DNA of 64,000 nucleotides, from NCBI GenBank assembly GCA_030704615.1, contig CM060733.1, positions 51,460,001 through 51,524,000 on the forward strand. The letters are read 5' to 3'. This DNA is from Takakia lepidozioides. Taxonomy: Eukaryota; Plantae; Bryophyta. The notes beneath the pieces are model-generated. The model saw only the letters and a list, made by a program, of their open reading frames with translations. It searched no databases and was not told where the DNA came from. Shown here piece by piece: positions 61,256 to 64,000 of this stretch. How positions within the stretch are numbered: the stretch's first letter is position 1; each line of letters opens with the position of its first letter. The position numbers and the translations under genes are program-made.

Positions 61256-64000
61256 TCCTCAGTCAAAATTTCACAATAGGGGTGATGAGGCCTGGTGGCT
61301 CACCAAATTGAACAGCGTGGATTTGACAAGGACCAAATATGTGGCTTAAAATTGACCAGAGTAGATCCTCACAGACCTGTGGACAATGAACCTCCCATAG
61401 AAGTTGCCACAAGTCCCAGATCATTTTTGTGCACAACATTATACATTGCTCACGTATCAGATTTTAACATATGGATCACAAGACTCCAACACTAGATTAT
61501 CTACTTCGACAGAACCAGCAGAAGAAAGGTTTTTTTTTGGGGGGGGGGGGGGGCAGCAGGAACCGCACCTGGCTAGGAAAGACCCCAGTGATTATTTCAA
61601 GGTTTTGTATTGCCACCTTTTGGACCAATACAACCATCCCCAAAACTACTTGATTCCAGTGAAATCTAACACGTTCACAATTATATATCGATAATGTTTG
61701 AAGCAGGATTCCAGGTGAAACCCCCCAATAAGAAATAACAAAATAATCTCTCAACCCCAGTTCATGATGCTGAGCAATGATGTCCATAGGACTCTTCCAT
61801 ATGGCTGTGTGAGTTGGAGAAATTGTCCCCCCCACGCCCGCCTCTTTTCCAACATGCACACCGATTGTCAATGCGCCTAGATCCACACTAGAACATTTAT
61901 AGGGGTAAATTATCTCCTCCATTTATACTATTTGGGAGGGAGGGGGTGGGAGGGGGGCCGGTGCTCCTACACCCTAGAAGCAGTAACTGCGAGAAGGGAT
62001 CATTAAGGTTTTAAATCACCACAAAATTATCTGGACTTCTAAAAATCTCCTGTCCCACACCATCCTGGTTCGGTGGCTTCCAGACAACTGCACTTGCAGA
62101 CCATCGAGATTCTAAAAGTTACTTTGTCCTGCTCATTTGCAATCTTCCTCAGGACAAAAAGCACTTAACAATTGTCACAGATATGAAAGAATCTCCATCT
62201 CAGTTTGAATATACGACTACCTCTTCATTTTCTCCCTACAAATACGAAACCCACCTGTCCTCTCTCTCCGTCTCTCTCTCGATTTCTCACCCCTAACGTA
62301 ACCAAACCTACTGTGATGCCAAATCATGCACACACTCCAAATATAACAAATAAAATAAACGACAGACACCGAGGGAGGGAGATAGGTGGAGAATTAGCAC
62401 AGCCCACAAAAGAAGTCAGAGACAGATACACTCGAAAGCTTCAGAAAAAACTAGTCAAAGAAGTCACCCAAATTCTTTCAAAACGCAGGTGGAGCGAGAC
62501 CCACCGGATCAATCAATTCCGGAGGCAAAGGCCGCCCCATTGATGCTACGGAAGTATCACCCCTTGTGCGTGCACAATGCTCCCCGGGCCCCTTTCCAGG
62601 AGCTCGAGCAGGAGAGCGATGGTGGTGCTGCACCCTGTTTGTTTCCCTCACACCCACCAACCAGACTCTATACACACCCCCTTTCAACTGAAAGGTCAAT
62701 GACCATGTGGCGCTTTCACATTTGCTGCCTGCCATTATCCTTCCTGAGCATGTTTTGAAGGGTTTTGCCCACACTCAAGAGTCCCAGAGTCCCAGAGTCC
62801 CAGTAAGTTGCTGAAAATGTGAGAAAATAAGACAGTGTAAAGTTGGAGACATTCCTTCAAGTTACTACACTTCTCATTGATCCCATCTCATGAAACCACC
62901 CCGGGTTCAAATGCCTCTGGCCCTTGCAACATCAATGGTTTCGAAAAATCTATTTTCCGGACAAATGAATCCAATCTAAGTTCATTTTAAAATGGCCGGG
63001 ATGGGGACCCATTTGGCTAAGATGGCTGTTGGGAACCCACAATCACATTTTTTTCGCAAAGCTAGTCCCAAACAACAAGAGCTCTACAACATGGGGAGGT
63101 AGCCGAGGCCGAGGCCCCCACAAGGCATTCGTTATAAGAGAGTTAGCATCTTTCATCAGTTGATCGCCGGGCGATTAGACCAAGGAGGAACCATATGGAA
63201 TTCTAAAGGACTTCAATGAGGGCCCTATCCAAGTATGAATGGCTTTGGCGGAATTTGAGACACAAGAGTTATCAAGGAGGAAGAGAGTAAGAACAAGAGA
63301 CAAGCCTGGTGGAAAAGTAAGCCTTTAGGGGGCCAAGGTAGGGCTAACAACATGATTGAATGGTGAACATTTGTATATCTGAGCAAAGTTCTAGTTACAA
63401 ATAAAAAAGTGGCACCAGATTCCCACCAGGTTCAGGTTTTGTCGATTTCTGTGAAAAAGGTTGTAGACATTTAGGGCTCAGTTATCTTTTGTTACTCCCT
63501 GTTGGTTGCAGTTCTATCCTCACATCCATAGACCCTCCTTTTCCATATACTGCATCATACAATTGATCCAAATATGCCTTTCCACGTCCAAAGCATGTCA
63601 AATCACCCACTAGGTGATTCCACCATCCCATGTTTTTTTGTCCATGTACCTACCCCGAGCGCACCCAACCTGGAATCCCAGAAGAATGACCGAGAAGACC
63701 AGGCCCATTATATTTCTTGTGAAATACTTGATACATCTCCATCACCATCACCAACTCAGATGGTCACAAGTAACCACCTCACCATCATCAAATTTATCAT
63801 GGATATATATATATATATATATATAAATATATATGTCTGAGAGCCTAGTAAACTCCCAACTCACATATGAGAGGTGCCCAAGATTAAAAAGCTGTTATAG
63901 GAGAGAAACAGATATGAGTGCAAGACTTGAATGGAGAGGTCCCCAAATTACAGCACTCGGGATGAATCTTAGTGGATGAATCTGACACAACTGCTAATGC

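Noticed and set aside
62900-63420. Possible retroelement 3' remnant
   Set aside because: No recognisable domain, terminal repeat or TSD.

Overview
Eukaryotic nuclear DNA from a land plant. A bryophyte or moss-like genome is my inference from gene structure and repeat style; it is not proven. Three intact spliced host genes are supported: a PPR4-like RRM+P-class PPR gene (16.6-22.5 kb, +), a YKT6 R-SNARE (54.3-57.0 kb, -) and a PDCD2-like gene (57.9-61.3 kb, -). Most of the rest is nested transposon sequence. Main elements: (1) a complete PIF/Harbinger element with 24-bp TIRs and a TTA TSD, inserted inside a truncated L1 copy; (2) an L1-like LINE whose endonuclease domain is deleted; (3) a 4-kb non-autonomous Pack-CACTA carrying captured PLS-class PPR fragments; (4) split CACTA TnpA-like and TnpD remnants; (5) several MITEs and tRNA-derived SINEs. 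The least explained structure is an unclassified modular repeat family at 28-33.7, 38.5-39.2 and 44.8-45.6 kb. It is built from CAA-centred hairpin junctions, arrays of CATCC-N5-GGATG palindromes and a shared ~1.6-kb GC-rich module in tandem. All coordinates and alignments were read by eye. TIRs, TSDs and splice sites quoted explicitly are close to exact; other boundaries are approximate.
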